Origin: Leptospira sp.
Lineage (GTDB): Bacteria; Spirochaetota; Leptospiria; Leptospirales; Leptospiraceae
Assembly: GCA_020831715.1 (NCBI GenBank)
Contig: JAFIGA010000189.1
Span: forward strand, 11,853-75,852
DNA length: 64,000 nt
Reading direction: 5' to 3'
Part shown: in pieces, positions 47,349 through 56,884 of the stretch
Layout: each line of letters begins with the position of its first letter
Position numbering within the stretch: the stretch's first letter is position 1
Notes under the pieces: generated by a model
What the model saw: the letters and a program-made list of their open reading frames with translations, nothing else
The model's database searches: none
What the model was told of the DNA's origin: nothing
Made by a program: the position numbers and the translations under genes

Positions 47349-49784
47349 ATGGTGTTATGGAAGTCAATTTTAAATTTTTTTTCTTCAGTAAAATCTGGAA
47401 AAAAAGACATTCATAATGAAATAATTGATCTTTTAAGTTCCAATACCCCGGCAGTAATTTATAGAGTTCGTTTAAGACCCACCTGGAAATTCTTATATGT
47501 TTCCAATGGTGTTTTTGATCTTCTTGGCTATACTCCGGAAGAATTTTATAACAATTCCAATTTAAGGAAACTGACTGTTGCCCAAGAAGATCATGATAAA
47601 TTAAACCAATTTTTTGAGTATCCTCCAAATACGAAAGCTATAATCCGTTTAAGATTTGTTCACAAAAACGGAAGTACAATTCATGTCGAGCACCATGTTT
47701 TCTTTCAAGAAAATGAAGTAACCGGTATGGTATTAGATGTTACCGAGAAAGTATTATCCGAAAACAAGCTTAAAGAAAGCGAAGAGAGATTGGTTGTTGC
47801 TCTTCAGACAACAGGTGTAGCTATCTGGGAATGGGATATTGAAACATCTGTAGTTACATGGAAGAATTCAGTTGAAGATGTATTTGGTGTAAATCCGGGA
47901 ATTATCAATGAAAATATTCAATCTTATTTTAGTTTAATCCATCCTGAAGATAAAGAACATTTTCTGGAAACCATTAGCTCTGCTCTCAAAAGTTCCGATC
48001 ATTATCTTGCTGAACATAGAATTATAGATAAAACAGGATCTATTCGTTGGATTGAAGCTTATGCACAGATCTTTCGCGATCCTTCCGGTAAAACAATACG
48101 CTGGCTGGGTACTCTTAGAAATATTACAGATCGGCAAATGCGCGAAATTGAGAATCGCGAATTATACGATCGGACTAGACTTCAATCTCAATCAATAGTT
48201 GAATTGGCATTAAGTGAAGCATTTTATGGAGGAGACCTAAATTCTTCTTTACATTTAATTTTAAAAATTGCCGCAGAGGTTCTGAATGTTTGCAGATCCA
48301 GTGTTTGGATGTTTCGGGAAGACTATTCTTCACTGGACTGCCTATTTATGTATGATAATCTTACCCAAAATTTCCTATCCAATGATTTTAGATTGATTAG
48401 CTCTGAAGTTCCAATATATTTCCAATCTATACTTAATGGTCGAGTCTTAGTTTCCAATGATGTGATAAACGATTCCAGAACTATTGAGTTTCAAGAAAGT
48501 TATTCCAAACAAGTTGGATTAAAATCAATTATGGATGCTTCGATTCGAGTAAAAGGTAAAATTGTCGGAATATTTAGTATTGAGAGTTTAAGAGAAACAA
48601 GAGTCTGGAAATCCGATGAAGTCATGTTTGCCGGTTTATTGGCTGATCAAGTAGCAATCTCCATAATAAATTCTGAGAGAAAACAAACAGAAGATCAAAT
48701 TAAACTGTTAAATAAAAATCTGGAGAGGATGATAGAAGAAAGAACTCTTCAATTAAAAATGACAAATAAGGATCTCTCATCCACTCTGGAAAATTTGTCA
48801 AAGACTCAAAATCAATTGATCCTCTCAGAAAAAATGGCTTCTTTGGGACAACTAATAGCAGGTATCGCCCATGAGATCAACAATCCTATAGGAACCATCA
48901 AGGCATCGTTGGAATTGATCCGTAGCTCCAAATCCAATGATCCTTTGATGGGAAGTGTGATCCCCAATTTCTTGGAGAACATTGATGAAGACCTATATAA
49001 TCTCTCGTTAGATTTCTATAATTATGGATTATCAATTCGCGATATACCAACAGGAATGAATCGACGTAGAGCTCTCGCTCATCTTCAAGAAATTTTATCG
49101 ATTTATGAATTCACAAACCTATTTCATTTATCGGAAAAGCTAGTCGACATCGGAATTACCGCAATACCTGATAGATTCAATACTCTTTTAAAACAAAGTT
49201 TTTCACAGGATTTAATTCATTATCTATGTGATAAAATATTCGAAGAAAAGAATTATGAATCAATCGAATATTCAATAGGAAGAGTTTCCAGTCTTGTAAG
49301 ATCCTTAAAGAATTTTACTCATATTGATAAATTTGGAGAAAAGACTACATTTGACATCAAAGATAGTATTGAAACTGTTATAACATTGTTTTATAGCAAA
49401 TTAAAGCAAGGTATAGAAGTAATAAAACGATTTGATAGAATACCTTCTATAGCGTGTTTTCCGGATGATCTAATGCAACTTTGGACTAATCTAATTCAGA
49501 ATGCCATCCAAGCAATGGAATTCAAAGGGACGTTGGAAATAGCCGCTTGGCAAGAAAAGTCCGGTAAATCCGTTATAGTAGAAATAATCGACTCCGGTAA
49601 AGGAATAAAGGATGAATACAAAGATAAAATTTTCCAACCATTCTTCACAACAAAATCACTAGGTGAAGGGAGCGGTTTAGGGCTGGATATCTGTAAAAAA
49701 ATAGTAGAAAGCCACAATGGAAAGATAAGTTTCGAATCCTCCCCTGGAAGAACTTGCTTTCGAGTCGAATTACCTATTTCTTAG
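47349..49784 (+). CDS. PAS/PAS/GAF sensor histidine kinase
   Basis: Two PAS segments (PAVIYRVRL .. LYVSNGVFDLLGYTPEEF; VAIWEWDIETSVVTW), a GAF-like segment (CRSSVWMF .. GIFSIES), H-box AHEINNPIG, N-box LIQNAIQA, G1 DSGKGI and G2 GSGLGLDIC. Confidence 0.9.
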   Translation: MVLWKSILNFFSSVKSGKKDIHNEIIDLLSSNTPAVIYRVRLRPTWKFLYVSNGVFDLLGYTPEEFYNNSNLRKLTVAQEDHDKLNQFFEYPPNTKAIIRLRFVHKNGSTIHVEHHVFFQENEVTGMVLDVTEKVLSENKLKESEERLVVALQTTGVAIWEWDIETSVVTWKNSVEDVFGVNPGIINENIQSYFSLIHPEDKEHFLETISSALKSSDHYLAEHRIIDKTGSIRWIEAYAQIFRDPSGKTIRWLGTLRNITDRQMREIENRELYDRTRLQSQSIVELALSEAFYGGDLNSSLHLILKIAAEVLNVCRSSVWMFREDYSSLDCLFMYDNLTQNFLSNDFRLISSEVPIYFQSILNGRVLVSNDVINDSRTIEFQESYSKQVGLKSIMDASIRVKGKIVGIFSIESLRETRVWKSDEVMFAGLLADQVAISIINSERKQTEDQIKLLNKNLERMIEERTLQLKMTNKDLSSTLENLSKTQNQLILSEKMASLGQLIAGIAHEINNPIGTIKASLELIRSSKSNDPLMGSVIPNFLENIDEDLYNLSLDFYNYGLSIRDIPTGMNRRRALAHLQEILSIYEFTNLFHLSEKLVDIGITAIPDRFNTLLKQSFSQDLIHYLCDKIFEEKNYESIEYSIGRVSSLVRSLKNFTHIDKFGEKTTFDIKDSIETVITLFYSKLKQGIEVIKRFDRIPSIACFPDDLMQLWTNLIQNAIQAMEFKGTLEIAAWQEKSGKSVIVEIIDSGKGIKDEYKDKIFQPFFTTKSLGEGSGLGLDICKKIVESHNGKISFESSPGRTCFRVELPIS

Positions 49785-50160
49785 CAGTCTCTAGGAGTTG
49801 AATCAGCTCTTCCTCTCTCCATGGTTTTGTAAGATATCCATGAAGATGAATCCCTTTTTTCAAGTTTTCCAGATCTTTTAAATCAGCATGACCGGATATA
49901 ACTACTTTATGAATCTCGGGAAATTTATCATTAACAGATTTAAGAAATGTGTCCCCATGGATCTCAGGCATCAACCAATCTGAAATAATAATTAGGAATT
50001 CCACCCCTTCATCGCTAAGCGCATGAATGATTTCCCACGCTTCTGTCGCATTTATAGCAGTCTCATAGCGGAACTCATCCCCAAAATGCCGACTCACTTG
50101 CTCTTTAAGATGAAAAAGAATCAAAATTTCATCATCTACAAATAGTACAGCTTTCTTCAT
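49774..50160 (-). CDS. stand-alone response regulator receiver protein
   Basis: MKKAVLFVDDE .. IISDWLMPEIHG .. ISGH .. LTKPW. ATG at 50160 is preferred over the upstream ATG at 50196. Confidence 0.8.
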   Translation of the reverse strand: MKKAVLFVDDEILILFHLKEQVSRHFGDEFRYETAINATEAWEIIHALSDEGVEFLIIISDWLMPEIHGDTFLKSVNDKFPEIHKVVISGHADLKDLENLKKGIHLHGYLTKPWREEELIQLLETAKK

Positions 50161-50223
50161 TCTAACGAGTTTAAGTACTATTCCGAGTTCGGTCAATATA
50201 ATTTCCCAAATCTTTTTAAAAAA

Positions 50224-51120
50224 TTAACCTGCTAAGGTTGAAAATTTATCAATACCTATGGATTCATAAATTTTTAGTGTAGCCTTAGAACGATTTAAAG
50301 TATACATATGTATTCCTCGAATCTGATTGTCCAACAAATCACGCACCTGTTCTGTTGCCCAATGAATCCCAACATTTTCTGCATAGGAATCATCCACTGC
50401 TCTAGAAAGATTTTTCAACAATTTAGCAGGAAACCTTGAACCAAGAGCCAATTCAGCCATTCTATTGATCGAATTTCTAGATGTTATTGGCATAATTCCT
50501 GCAATGATTGGAACCTTTATTCCGGCAAGCTCACATCTTTCACAGAAGTCATAAAAATCACTATTATCGAAAAACAATTGAGAGCAAATATAATCAGCAC
50601 CTGCATCAACTTTTTGCTTTAGATATTCTATTTCCATTAGTCGATTTGGAGTAACCGGATGACCTTCCGGGAAACCGGCAACACCAATTCCCATCTCAGG
50701 AAATTCCTTCTTAATAAAAGAAACTAGTTCCGAAGCATAATGAAAACCATTTTCTACTGCTTGAAATTCTTTCTGACCTTGTGGAGGATCTCCCCTTAAA
50801 GCCATAATATTTTTTATTCCGGATTCCCTGTATTTTGTTAGAATTTCTCGTATGTCATCTTTAGTATGACCCACACAAGTAAGATGGGATACTATTGAAA
50901 GGGAAGTTTCTTTTTGCAGTTTTACAACTAAATCTCTTGTCAAATCTCTTGTAGAGCCACCCGCCCCATATGTAACACTTACATATGAAGGATGCAAAGG
51001 CATCAATTCAGAAATAGTATTAAAAAGTATATTCGATGAGTCTTGGTTTTTAGGTGGAAAAAATTCAAAACTTATGGATGGATTGTTTTCGGAAAGAATT
51101 TTCGATATATGTTCAGCCAT
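50224..51120 (-). CDS. metF: methylenetetrahydrofolate reductase
   Basis: SFEFFPPK, VSVTYGAGGSTR, HLTCVG, ALRGDPP and a TIM-barrel pattern along the full length. Confidence 0.9.
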   Translation of the reverse strand: MAEHISKILSENNPSISFEFFPPKNQDSSNILFNTISELMPLHPSYVSVTYGAGGSTRDLTRDLVVKLQKETSLSIVSHLTCVGHTKDDIREILTKYRESGIKNIMALRGDPPQGQKEFQAVENGFHYASELVSFIKKEFPEMGIGVAGFPEGHPVTPNRLMEIEYLKQKVDAGADYICSQLFFDNSDFYDFCERCELAGIKVPIIAGIMPITSRNSINRMAELALGSRFPAKLLKNLSRAVDDSYAENVGIHWATEQVRDLLDNQIRGIHMYTLNRSKATLKIYESIGIDKFSTLAG

Positions 51121-51170
51121 TGATTAAATATTTTCATTGCTCCCATATAAATCAAGAACATTTTAGTTTT

Positions 51171-51929
51171 ATGCCTCTTCGTTTGCTAAATCCCCAGAAT
51201 GGTCATCATTTAGTTGAAGTTTCCTCAACAAATGATTGGATAAAAAATCAAGATATAGAACCCGGTCATTGGATTATAGCGGACAATCAGACGAATGGGA
51301 GAGGTAGAAGGGGTAATTCCTGGACAATTCTGGGAGAGGAACATATTATTTTCTCAGGCAAAATTCAAATGAACTTATCTTCCGTACCGATTACATTGCT
51401 TTCTTTATTTGCGGGAGCATCCTTATTAAAAGCAATTTACAATTGGATGCCTGATTTAAAAGATACAATTAAATTAAAGTGGCCAAACGATATTTATAAA
51501 AATGGTAAAAAAATTTCCGGATTCTTAGTAGAATCAGAAATTAAAAATGATTCATTCACAGTAATTATTGGGTTTGGTTTAAATATCTTTGGAGAGGAAG
51601 TTCCTATTGAATGGGAAAATAAAATAGGATTTCTATTGGAATCCCCTCCATTAGAAGGAACAAAAGAAAGAATTCTATATAGTTTTATAGATTATTTGAA
51701 TGCTTCCTTGGTGAAGCTTATGGAACAAACCGGATTGGATAAAGAAATCCAATGGATTGAATCCAACTCGACTCTAATTGGAAAGTCTATTCAATTCAGT
51801 GTGGATGGTATTCTCCAAAAAGGGGTTGCTTTAGGATATGACAGGCAAGGATTTCTGATAGTACATGGTAACAATGGAATGAAACATATATTAATGGATA
51901 CTGATCCAAATTTTGGAGTTATAGATTAG
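51171..51929 (+). CDS. birA: biotin-[acetyl-CoA-carboxylase] ligase (group I, no HTH)
   Basis: GRGRRGNSW biotin-binding loop and KWPNDIY. ATG at 51171 avoids overlap with the metF 5' end. Confidence 0.85.
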   Translation: MPLRLLNPQNGHHLVEVSSTNDWIKNQDIEPGHWIIADNQTNGRGRRGNSWTILGEEHIIFSGKIQMNLSSVPITLLSLFAGASLLKAIYNWMPDLKDTIKLKWPNDIYKNGKKISGFLVESEIKNDSFTVIIGFGLNIFGEEVPIEWENKIGFLLESPPLEGTKERILYSFIDYLNASLVKLMEQTGLDKEIQWIESNSTLIGKSIQFSVDGILQKGVALGYDRQGFLIVHGNNGMKHILMDTDPNFGVID

Positions 51930-51932
51930 ATT

Positions 51933-52727
51933 ATGAATAAAGAGTGCACTTTAGTTGTAGATGTCGGAAATACTAATTCTGTTTTTGGACTATTCGAAGA
52001 AAACAATGATGAACCAATATTTCACAAAAGAACAGTTACTAGAAGGGATAGAACATCGGACGAATTGGGATTGTTCCTAAGAGGATTCTTGTCCCAAGAA
52101 GGACTGGAGAAAGTGACGATTAAATCCACTATCTATTCTTCGGTTGTCCCATCTTTCAATCCTATTGTGGAAAGAATGCTTTCGGATTGGTATAAAGTAA
52201 AACCGGTTCAAGTGAATTACAAAATGAATTTACCATTTGCCATAAAATACCCTAGACCTTTTGAGATCGGAGCTGATCGACTGGTAAATGCCGCCTATGT
52301 AGTTAAGCATTTTCAAAATAAAAAAGCCATCATTGTGGATTTAGGTACGGCAACAACATTTTGTGTATTAAATGAAGTGCCGGAATATCTAGGTGGTGTT
52401 ATCGCCCCTGGATTAAAAATATCAATGGATGCCTTGACCAAAAATACTGCACAATTACCACCGATTGTATTCGAACCACCACTTTCAGTCATTGGAGATT
52501 CTACTATTGAATCTCTTCAATCCGGATTTTTTTATGGATGGGTCGGATTGCTTCAAGGAATCATATCGCAGATTAAAAATGAATACGGTTCAGACTATAT
52601 GGTGATTGGTACAGGAGGATTGGTTTCTACTATCCATGCTGCATATCCGGGCATATTTGATGAAATCGATTCTTTCCTAACTCTGAAAGGTTTGAAAATC
52701 TTGTCAGAACTGAATCCATTGGAATAG
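51933..52727 (+). CDS. coaX: type III pantothenate kinase
   Basis: [23 protein letters not shown] and VDLGTATTF motifs. Confidence 0.9.
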   Translation: MNKECTLVVDVGNTNSVFGLFEENNDEPIFHKRTVTRRDRTSDELGLFLRGFLSQEGLEKVTIKSTIYSSVVPSFNPIVERMLSDWYKVKPVQVNYKMNLPFAIKYPRPFEIGADRLVNAAYVVKHFQNKKAIIVDLGTATTFCVLNEVPEYLGGVIAPGLKISMDALTKNTAQLPPIVFEPPLSVIGDSTIESLQSGFFYGWVGLLQGIISQIKNEYGSDYMVIGTGGLVSTIHAAYPGIFDEIDSFLTLKGLKILSELNPLE

Positions 52728-52756
52728 GGAAAATTCCTGTAACTTTGCAACACAAA

Positions 52757-52782
52757 TTTTGGAAATTTTTCAATCTCCAAAA
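52757..52782 (-). terminator. weak AT-rich hairpin after the SGNH/GT-C/STAS operon
   Basis: ttttgga - 12 nt - tccaaaa. On the minus strand it is followed by tttgtgtt. Confidence 0.25.
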
Positions 52783-52797
52783 CTAATATTTCATATT

Positions 52798-53439
52798 TCA
52801 AAAGTTCAATAATTTTTTTTTATATTCCTCTCCGATCAAATCATATCCTATAGGATTAGGATGGAGAGGGTCAATAATCGGGTAAAGGGGAAGGTCTTGA
52901 TTTTTTTTAAAGAGTTCAAATAAATCAACTATTGGATAATTAGTATAGTCTGAACGAATGTGATCATTGTTTATTCTTATATTGGCTTCTAAACTTGGGA
53001 TATCTGTTGGTGGAACAAGAGTTAAAATAAGTCGCCAATCATGATTATCTCGAAGGAAATTTACCATTTCTTTAAATCTATCAGGGAACAAATCAGTGGA
53101 ATAATTATTTGCATCATTGGTACCCAAGCCAAGAATTAGAATATCTGACTTTTTGGAAAGAATTTCAGATTGATTTCCCATCCATAGAGGTATATCCCAA
53201 CCTGATTTGGAAATATTTAAAACTTCAAACTGAGTCCCCAATTTTTCTCTCAAACCGAAAGCGTCTGATCGTTCCGCCAAAGAATCTCCTACAATCAGAA
53301 CTGATATTTTTTTATCTGTAATAAGACTCAACAATGGTGAGAGATCCTCCTTTTTGGAATGATAGCAAGTAGAAAAGTTCAATCCCAAAAATACTAAAAT
53401 AAAAAGTTTCACAATAAACTTACTAGAATATTTTTTCAT
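52798..53439 (-). CDS. SGNH/GDSL hydrolase family lipoprotein
   Basis: Signal peptide with NFSTC. Block I VLIVGDSLAE, block III LGLGTNDA, block V DPLHPNPIGY. Confidence 0.8.
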   Translation of the reverse strand: MKKYSSKFIVKLFILVFLGLNFSTCYHSKKEDLSPLLSLITDKKISVLIVGDSLAERSDAFGLREKLGTQFEVLNISKSGWDIPLWMGNQSEILSKKSDILILGLGTNDANNYSTDLFPDRFKEMVNFLRDNHDWRLILTLVPPTDIPSLEANIRINNDHIRSDYTNYPIVDLFELFKKNQDLPLYPIIDPLHPNPIGYDLIGEEYKKKLLNF

Positions 53440-54868
53440 AGGCTATAATTTTCCAAGGACCTTTTGATGGGACAAATCCTTCAAAGGATATGAAGTGTTC
53501 ACTTTTGTGATATCGGCTTGTATCACCGAGTATTGGTTTCAGACTCTCATTCATCAATTCATCATTATAAAATAAAAACAAACCTATATCATCTATAGTA
53601 TTTTTATGAAAACTATCCGGTATAGGAAGTTCTCCCGGTATAAATTCATATAACTTTTTTTCTTTAAATCTATCCCTTAAATGAAAATAGGGATCAGGGA
53701 TCAATTGCAAGTAAACTGAATTATGATTATCTGCCAACTCTTCCACTTTTGCAAAAAATTTTTCCGTACTGAGAAACACATTTCCCTTAACTGAGAAACC
53801 ATACTGAAAATAAGCAAAAGAGAATATTTGATACATTAATAGAATTCCGACAATAGGACGAACAAATGTTTGCATTTTTGCTTGAATACAAAGCAATAAA
53901 AATAATCCAACCAATGGATAAACTAAATGGATTGCATACCATGCTTCCACAGAGGTGTAGAATCCCAAACTCATAGCTATCAACCAGACAAAAAGTATTC
54001 GAGCTATTTTTTTTAACATCGGATGTGCAAGTAGTTGTATTGAAAAGACTAAAAGTGTAACAGTTAAAACCAATTTCAAAGGAGAATTAATGTAGCCCGA
54101 AAATAAAGTTTTTAATTTATCCAAATTACTGAAGTTTCCAAATAATTCTTGTTTTCTTGATAACTGAGCACCAAATTGCAAAAGAAATAATTCCCAATTA
54201 GGAATCACATATAATCCCCATCCTAGAATTGGAATTAACCCACCTAAACAAAGATTAAAAATTTGTCTTAATTGAAGCTCATTTCTATATCCGAAAACAA
54301 TAAATAAAACAGGGATTCCATAAAAAGCACCAAAAGGATGAGATAAAATCGAAAGTCCTAAAGTTAAACCGGATAAAAAATACTTTTTGTAATAAGATAA
54401 TATTAAACCAAAAATACCCAACAATGCACAGAGCGATTCCATTCTTGAAGTATGTGAAACTTTAATGAATAATATATCCATCAAAATATAAAGAAAACCT
54501 AATAGTAAAAATAAATATTTATTCTTGAATTTAGGGAGTGTTTTTCCTAGCCATGAAATGAGTAGTATAGCGCTAAACAAACCCAAAGTTGATGATATCA
54601 TCCTGGCAACATATATACTAGGTTCAAAAACATAAAAACTTGAACCTAACGTAAGCATATACAATGGAGGCATCCAAAGTGTGACTGAATCCATACCAGG
54701 AATTAAACCGGAGAGAACAGTCGTTCTAAGAATCCCATTCACATACCATTCCTCAGCCGGATTGAAAAATAAAACTTCATCAGGCCAAACAAAAGGAACA
54801 AAAGTTCCCAGATAGAGCTTATAAATTATAAAAAGGACTGAGACTATGACTAAGTGCAGTAGTCTCAT
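53423..54868 (-). CDS. polytopic GT-C type (family 39 / ArnT-like) glycosyltransferase
   Basis: About 11-12 hydrophobic segments followed by a ~110-aa soluble C-terminus. The early loop motif WPDEVLFFNPAEEW is consistent with GT-C enzymes. The family call is tentative. Confidence 0.55.
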   Translation of the reverse strand: MRLLHLVIVSVLFIIYKLYLGTFVPFVWPDEVLFFNPAEEWYVNGILRTTVLSGLIPGMDSVTLWMPPLYMLTLGSSFYVFEPSIYVARMISSTLGLFSAILLISWLGKTLPKFKNKYLFLLLGFLYILMDILFIKVSHTSRMESLCALLGIFGLILSYYKKYFLSGLTLGLSILSHPFGAFYGIPVLFIVFGYRNELQLRQIFNLCLGGLIPILGWGLYVIPNWELFLLQFGAQLSRKQELFGNFSNLDKLKTLFSGYINSPLKLVLTVTLLVFSIQLLAHPMLKKIARILFVWLIAMSLGFYTSVEAWYAIHLVYPLVGLFLLLCIQAKMQTFVRPIVGILLMYQIFSFAYFQYGFSVKGNVFLSTEKFFAKVEELADNHNSVYLQLIPDPYFHLRDRFKEKKLYEFIPGELPIPDSFHKNTIDDIGLFLFYNDELMNESLKPILGDTSRYHKSEHFISFEGFVPSKGPWKIIAYEKIF

Positions 54869-54876
54869 AAAAAAGA

Positions 54877-55215
54877 TTATTTTGAAAGGGAATCGATCGC
54901 TTCTTGTTCTGTATCGTAAACTTCAAAAAGGTCCAATAGTTCCACTACATCAAAAACCTTTTTCACAGGTGGAGTAATACAGCAAAGCTTCAATTTTCTA
55001 CCTTGTTTATCCAATTCTCTTACCATACCAACAAATATTCTGATACCTGATGAGGAAATATAAGATATCAATTCCAAATTAATTACTAAATCCCCAGATC
55101 CGCTCTGAACATCTCCGGCAAGCTTAGCTTCAACTTCATCCGAATGTGTAATATCAAGTCTTCCATTCAAATGAACAAGTGTGTGATTGCCTATTTTTTT
55201 AGTCTTTATTTCCAA
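54877..55215 (-). CDS. STAS-domain anti-sigma factor antagonist
   Basis: SpoIIAA-like pattern HLNGRLDITHSDEVEAKL .. LELISYISSSGIRIFVGM with a phosphorylatable Ser. TTG start, with GGGG 8-9 nt upstream. Confidence 0.8.
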   Translation of the reverse strand: MEIKTKKIGNHTLVHLNGRLDITHSDEVEAKLAGDVQSGSGDLVINLELISYISSSGIRIFVGMVRELDKQGRKLKLCCITPPVKKVFDVVELLDLFEVYDTEQEAIDSLSK

Positions 55216-55229
55216 AATATACCCCGCAG

Positions 55230-55256
55230 ATGGATAAAGTATTATACTTTATCCAT
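55230..55256. promoter_or_regulatory. 27-nt perfect palindrome between the integrase-like gene and the STAS gene
   Basis: atggataaagtat-t-atactttatccat, with 13-bp arms. It lies 15 nt upstream of the STAS TTG start. Confidence 0.45.
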
Positions 55257-55279
55257 TTGTCAAGTATGGGAAGTAATTT

Positions 55280-55921
55280 TCAAGCTGATTTTGGAAAATT
55301 TGCCTTAAAAAGGTCTTTTCGAAGAATTTCCGGACTAGATACCTTTTTTATCCTCCTTTTCAACGCAATTCGGTTTTTGTTACCCATAATCCAAGCCAAA
55401 TCCCGTATACTAATCCCATTCAGGTAGTGAGTTACTGCTGCTGAATCACGTATCATCTTCAAAGTTATATTCCTACCATCCAAAAGTTTAACCTTGCCGA
55501 CTATATAGGAAAGGGATCTAAAACACATTTGACCCCATCTACCTCCAAATATGTAGCCATTTCTCTCTATAGAATTTGAATGTCGATACAACTCCCAATA
55601 GAGTTCATCTGTCAATCCAATCTCTCGAATCAATGTACCTCCCGAATCATCAGTGAAGGGAACTTTAAGACTACGCAAATCATCATTTATATGAGATTTT
55701 CTTATATCAACAATTTCTTGAGGCGTCATACCTGTAGAAACAGCAAGCTTGAAGATGAGTTGATGGTAATAATTCATTTTTAATTGAGAAAGAATGTTTT
55801 GAATTTCTAATCTATTCAAAATTGAATTATTTATCTCTCTGTAATCAATCCTTGTTTTTTGGATCAAATCCATGTTTGTTTGGGTACTCTTAATATTCAT
55901 TAAATCACTCCTTTGATTCAT
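55280..55921 (-). CDS. tyrosine-recombinase-like protein lacking catalytic residues
   Basis: Follows the integrase catalytic-domain pattern (LAVSTGMTPQEIVDIRKSHI .. REIGLTDELYWEL .. ITLKMIRDSAAVTHYLNGISIRDLAWIMGNKN). By my by-eye alignment, Arg-I is replaced by Thr, His by Lys, the His of the GH dipeptide by Asn, and no nucleophile Tyr follows. Confidence 0.45.
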   Translation of the reverse strand: MNQRSDLMNIKSTQTNMDLIQKTRIDYREINNSILNRLEIQNILSQLKMNYYHQLIFKLAVSTGMTPQEIVDIRKSHINDDLRSLKVPFTDDSGGTLIREIGLTDELYWELYRHSNSIERNGYIFGGRWGQMCFRSLSYIVGKVKLLDGRNITLKMIRDSAAVTHYLNGISIRDLAWIMGNKNRIALKRRIKKVSSPEILRKDLFKANFPKSA

Positions 55922-56095
55922 TGTTTCGTTATAACACGCTACTATTTTATTAGATTATTAATCAATTAAATTTTGATTTATAGTTTATTTGAAAGGACAT
56001 AATACAAGATTTCCTATGATAATAAATTGAATTTTGGTAAAATTGTGCATATTTATCAATTTACTAATTTTTAATGAAAAAGATTATAGTATTGA

Positions 56096-56884
56096 ATGAA
56101 TAGCGAAGTAAACAATAGATTCCAACACTTCTCCAACTTTATTTTTAAAGTAGGAGATTTCCTTTCCGATACTCAGAAGAAGCCTGAATTTGAAGTTAAA
56201 AAGAAAGGAACATATGATTTAGTAACAGAAGCGGATATTGGTTCAGAGAAGATGGTAATTAATGAAATATTAAAATACTATCCAAATGATTCAATATTAG
56301 GTGAAGAATATGGAGAGGTCGCAGGTACCTCTAATTTTCGATGGATTATAGATCCTTTGGATGGAACAACTAATTATTCCCATAAATTACCATTATATGG
56401 AGTTTCGATAGGCTTGGAAGAGATCAGCACTTCCCAGATTGTTGCCGGTTTGGTGCTATTTCCCGAATTGAATGATTTTTACTATGCGATTCGAGGTGAA
56501 GGAAGTTTTAAAAACAGACAGAGAATTCGAACATCTGAAACTTCGGAAATGAAAGAATCCCTGTTTACTACAGGTTTTCCTTATGATAGAACCGAGAAAA
56601 TAGATCAACTTATGGCGTATTACAAAAACATTCTAATCAAAACAAGAGGGATTCGCAGAACAGGAGCCGCTACATTGGATATTTGTTGGGTGGCTGAAGG
56701 AAGATTTGATGCATACTACGAATTGGGTTTAAAACCATGGGATATGGCAGCAGCCAGCCTAATACTAAGTGAGGCGGGTGGGAAACTATCTTCTTTGGAT
56801 GGAAAGCCATTCTCTCCCTATAATCCTAGTTTATTAGCTACTAATGGAAAGTTCCACGAACGAATACTTCAGGAATTTACTTGA
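56096..56884 (+). CDS. inositol monophosphatase family protein (SuhB-like)
   Basis: EE .. WIIDPLDGTTNY .. GAATLDICWVAEGR .. KPWDMAAA motifs. Confidence 0.9.
   Translation: MNSEVNNRFQHFSNFIFKVGDFLSDTQKKPEFEVKKKGTYDLVTEADIGSEKMVINEILKYYPNDSILGEEYGEVAGTSNFRWIIDPLDGTTNYSHKLPLYGVSIGLEEISTSQIVAGLVLFPELNDFYYAIRGEGSFKNRQRIRTSETSEMKESLFTTGFPYDRTEKIDQLMAYYKNILIKTRGIRRTGAATLDICWVAEGRFDAYYELGLKPWDMAAASLILSEAGGKLSSLDGKPFSPYNPSLLATNGKFHERILQEFT

Noticed and set aside
47329-47628. First 100 codons of the 399-aa minus-strand ORF
   Set aside because: This stretch lies antisense to a well-formed PAS domain (PAVIYRVRL .. LYVSNGVFDLLGYTPEEF) of the + strand kinase, and its own translation is featureless. The gene was trimmed to the ATG at 47328.
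51054-51170. ORF-track N-terminal extension of birA
   Set aside because: It overlaps the metF 5' coding region head-to-head. The ATG at 51171 gives a normal group I biotin ligase N-terminus.
55241-55263. Perfect TTGACA and TATAAT hexamers on the minus strand upstream of the STAS gene
   Set aside because: They are separated by only 11 nt, which is incompatible with a standard sigma70 promoter. They were treated as part of the palindrome rather than called as a promoter.
55230-55427. 65-aa + strand ORF starting inside the palindrome
   Set aside because: It lies antisense to the integrase-like gene 3' end, has no Shine-Dalgarno, and its composition is hydrophobic/aromatic and junk-like.
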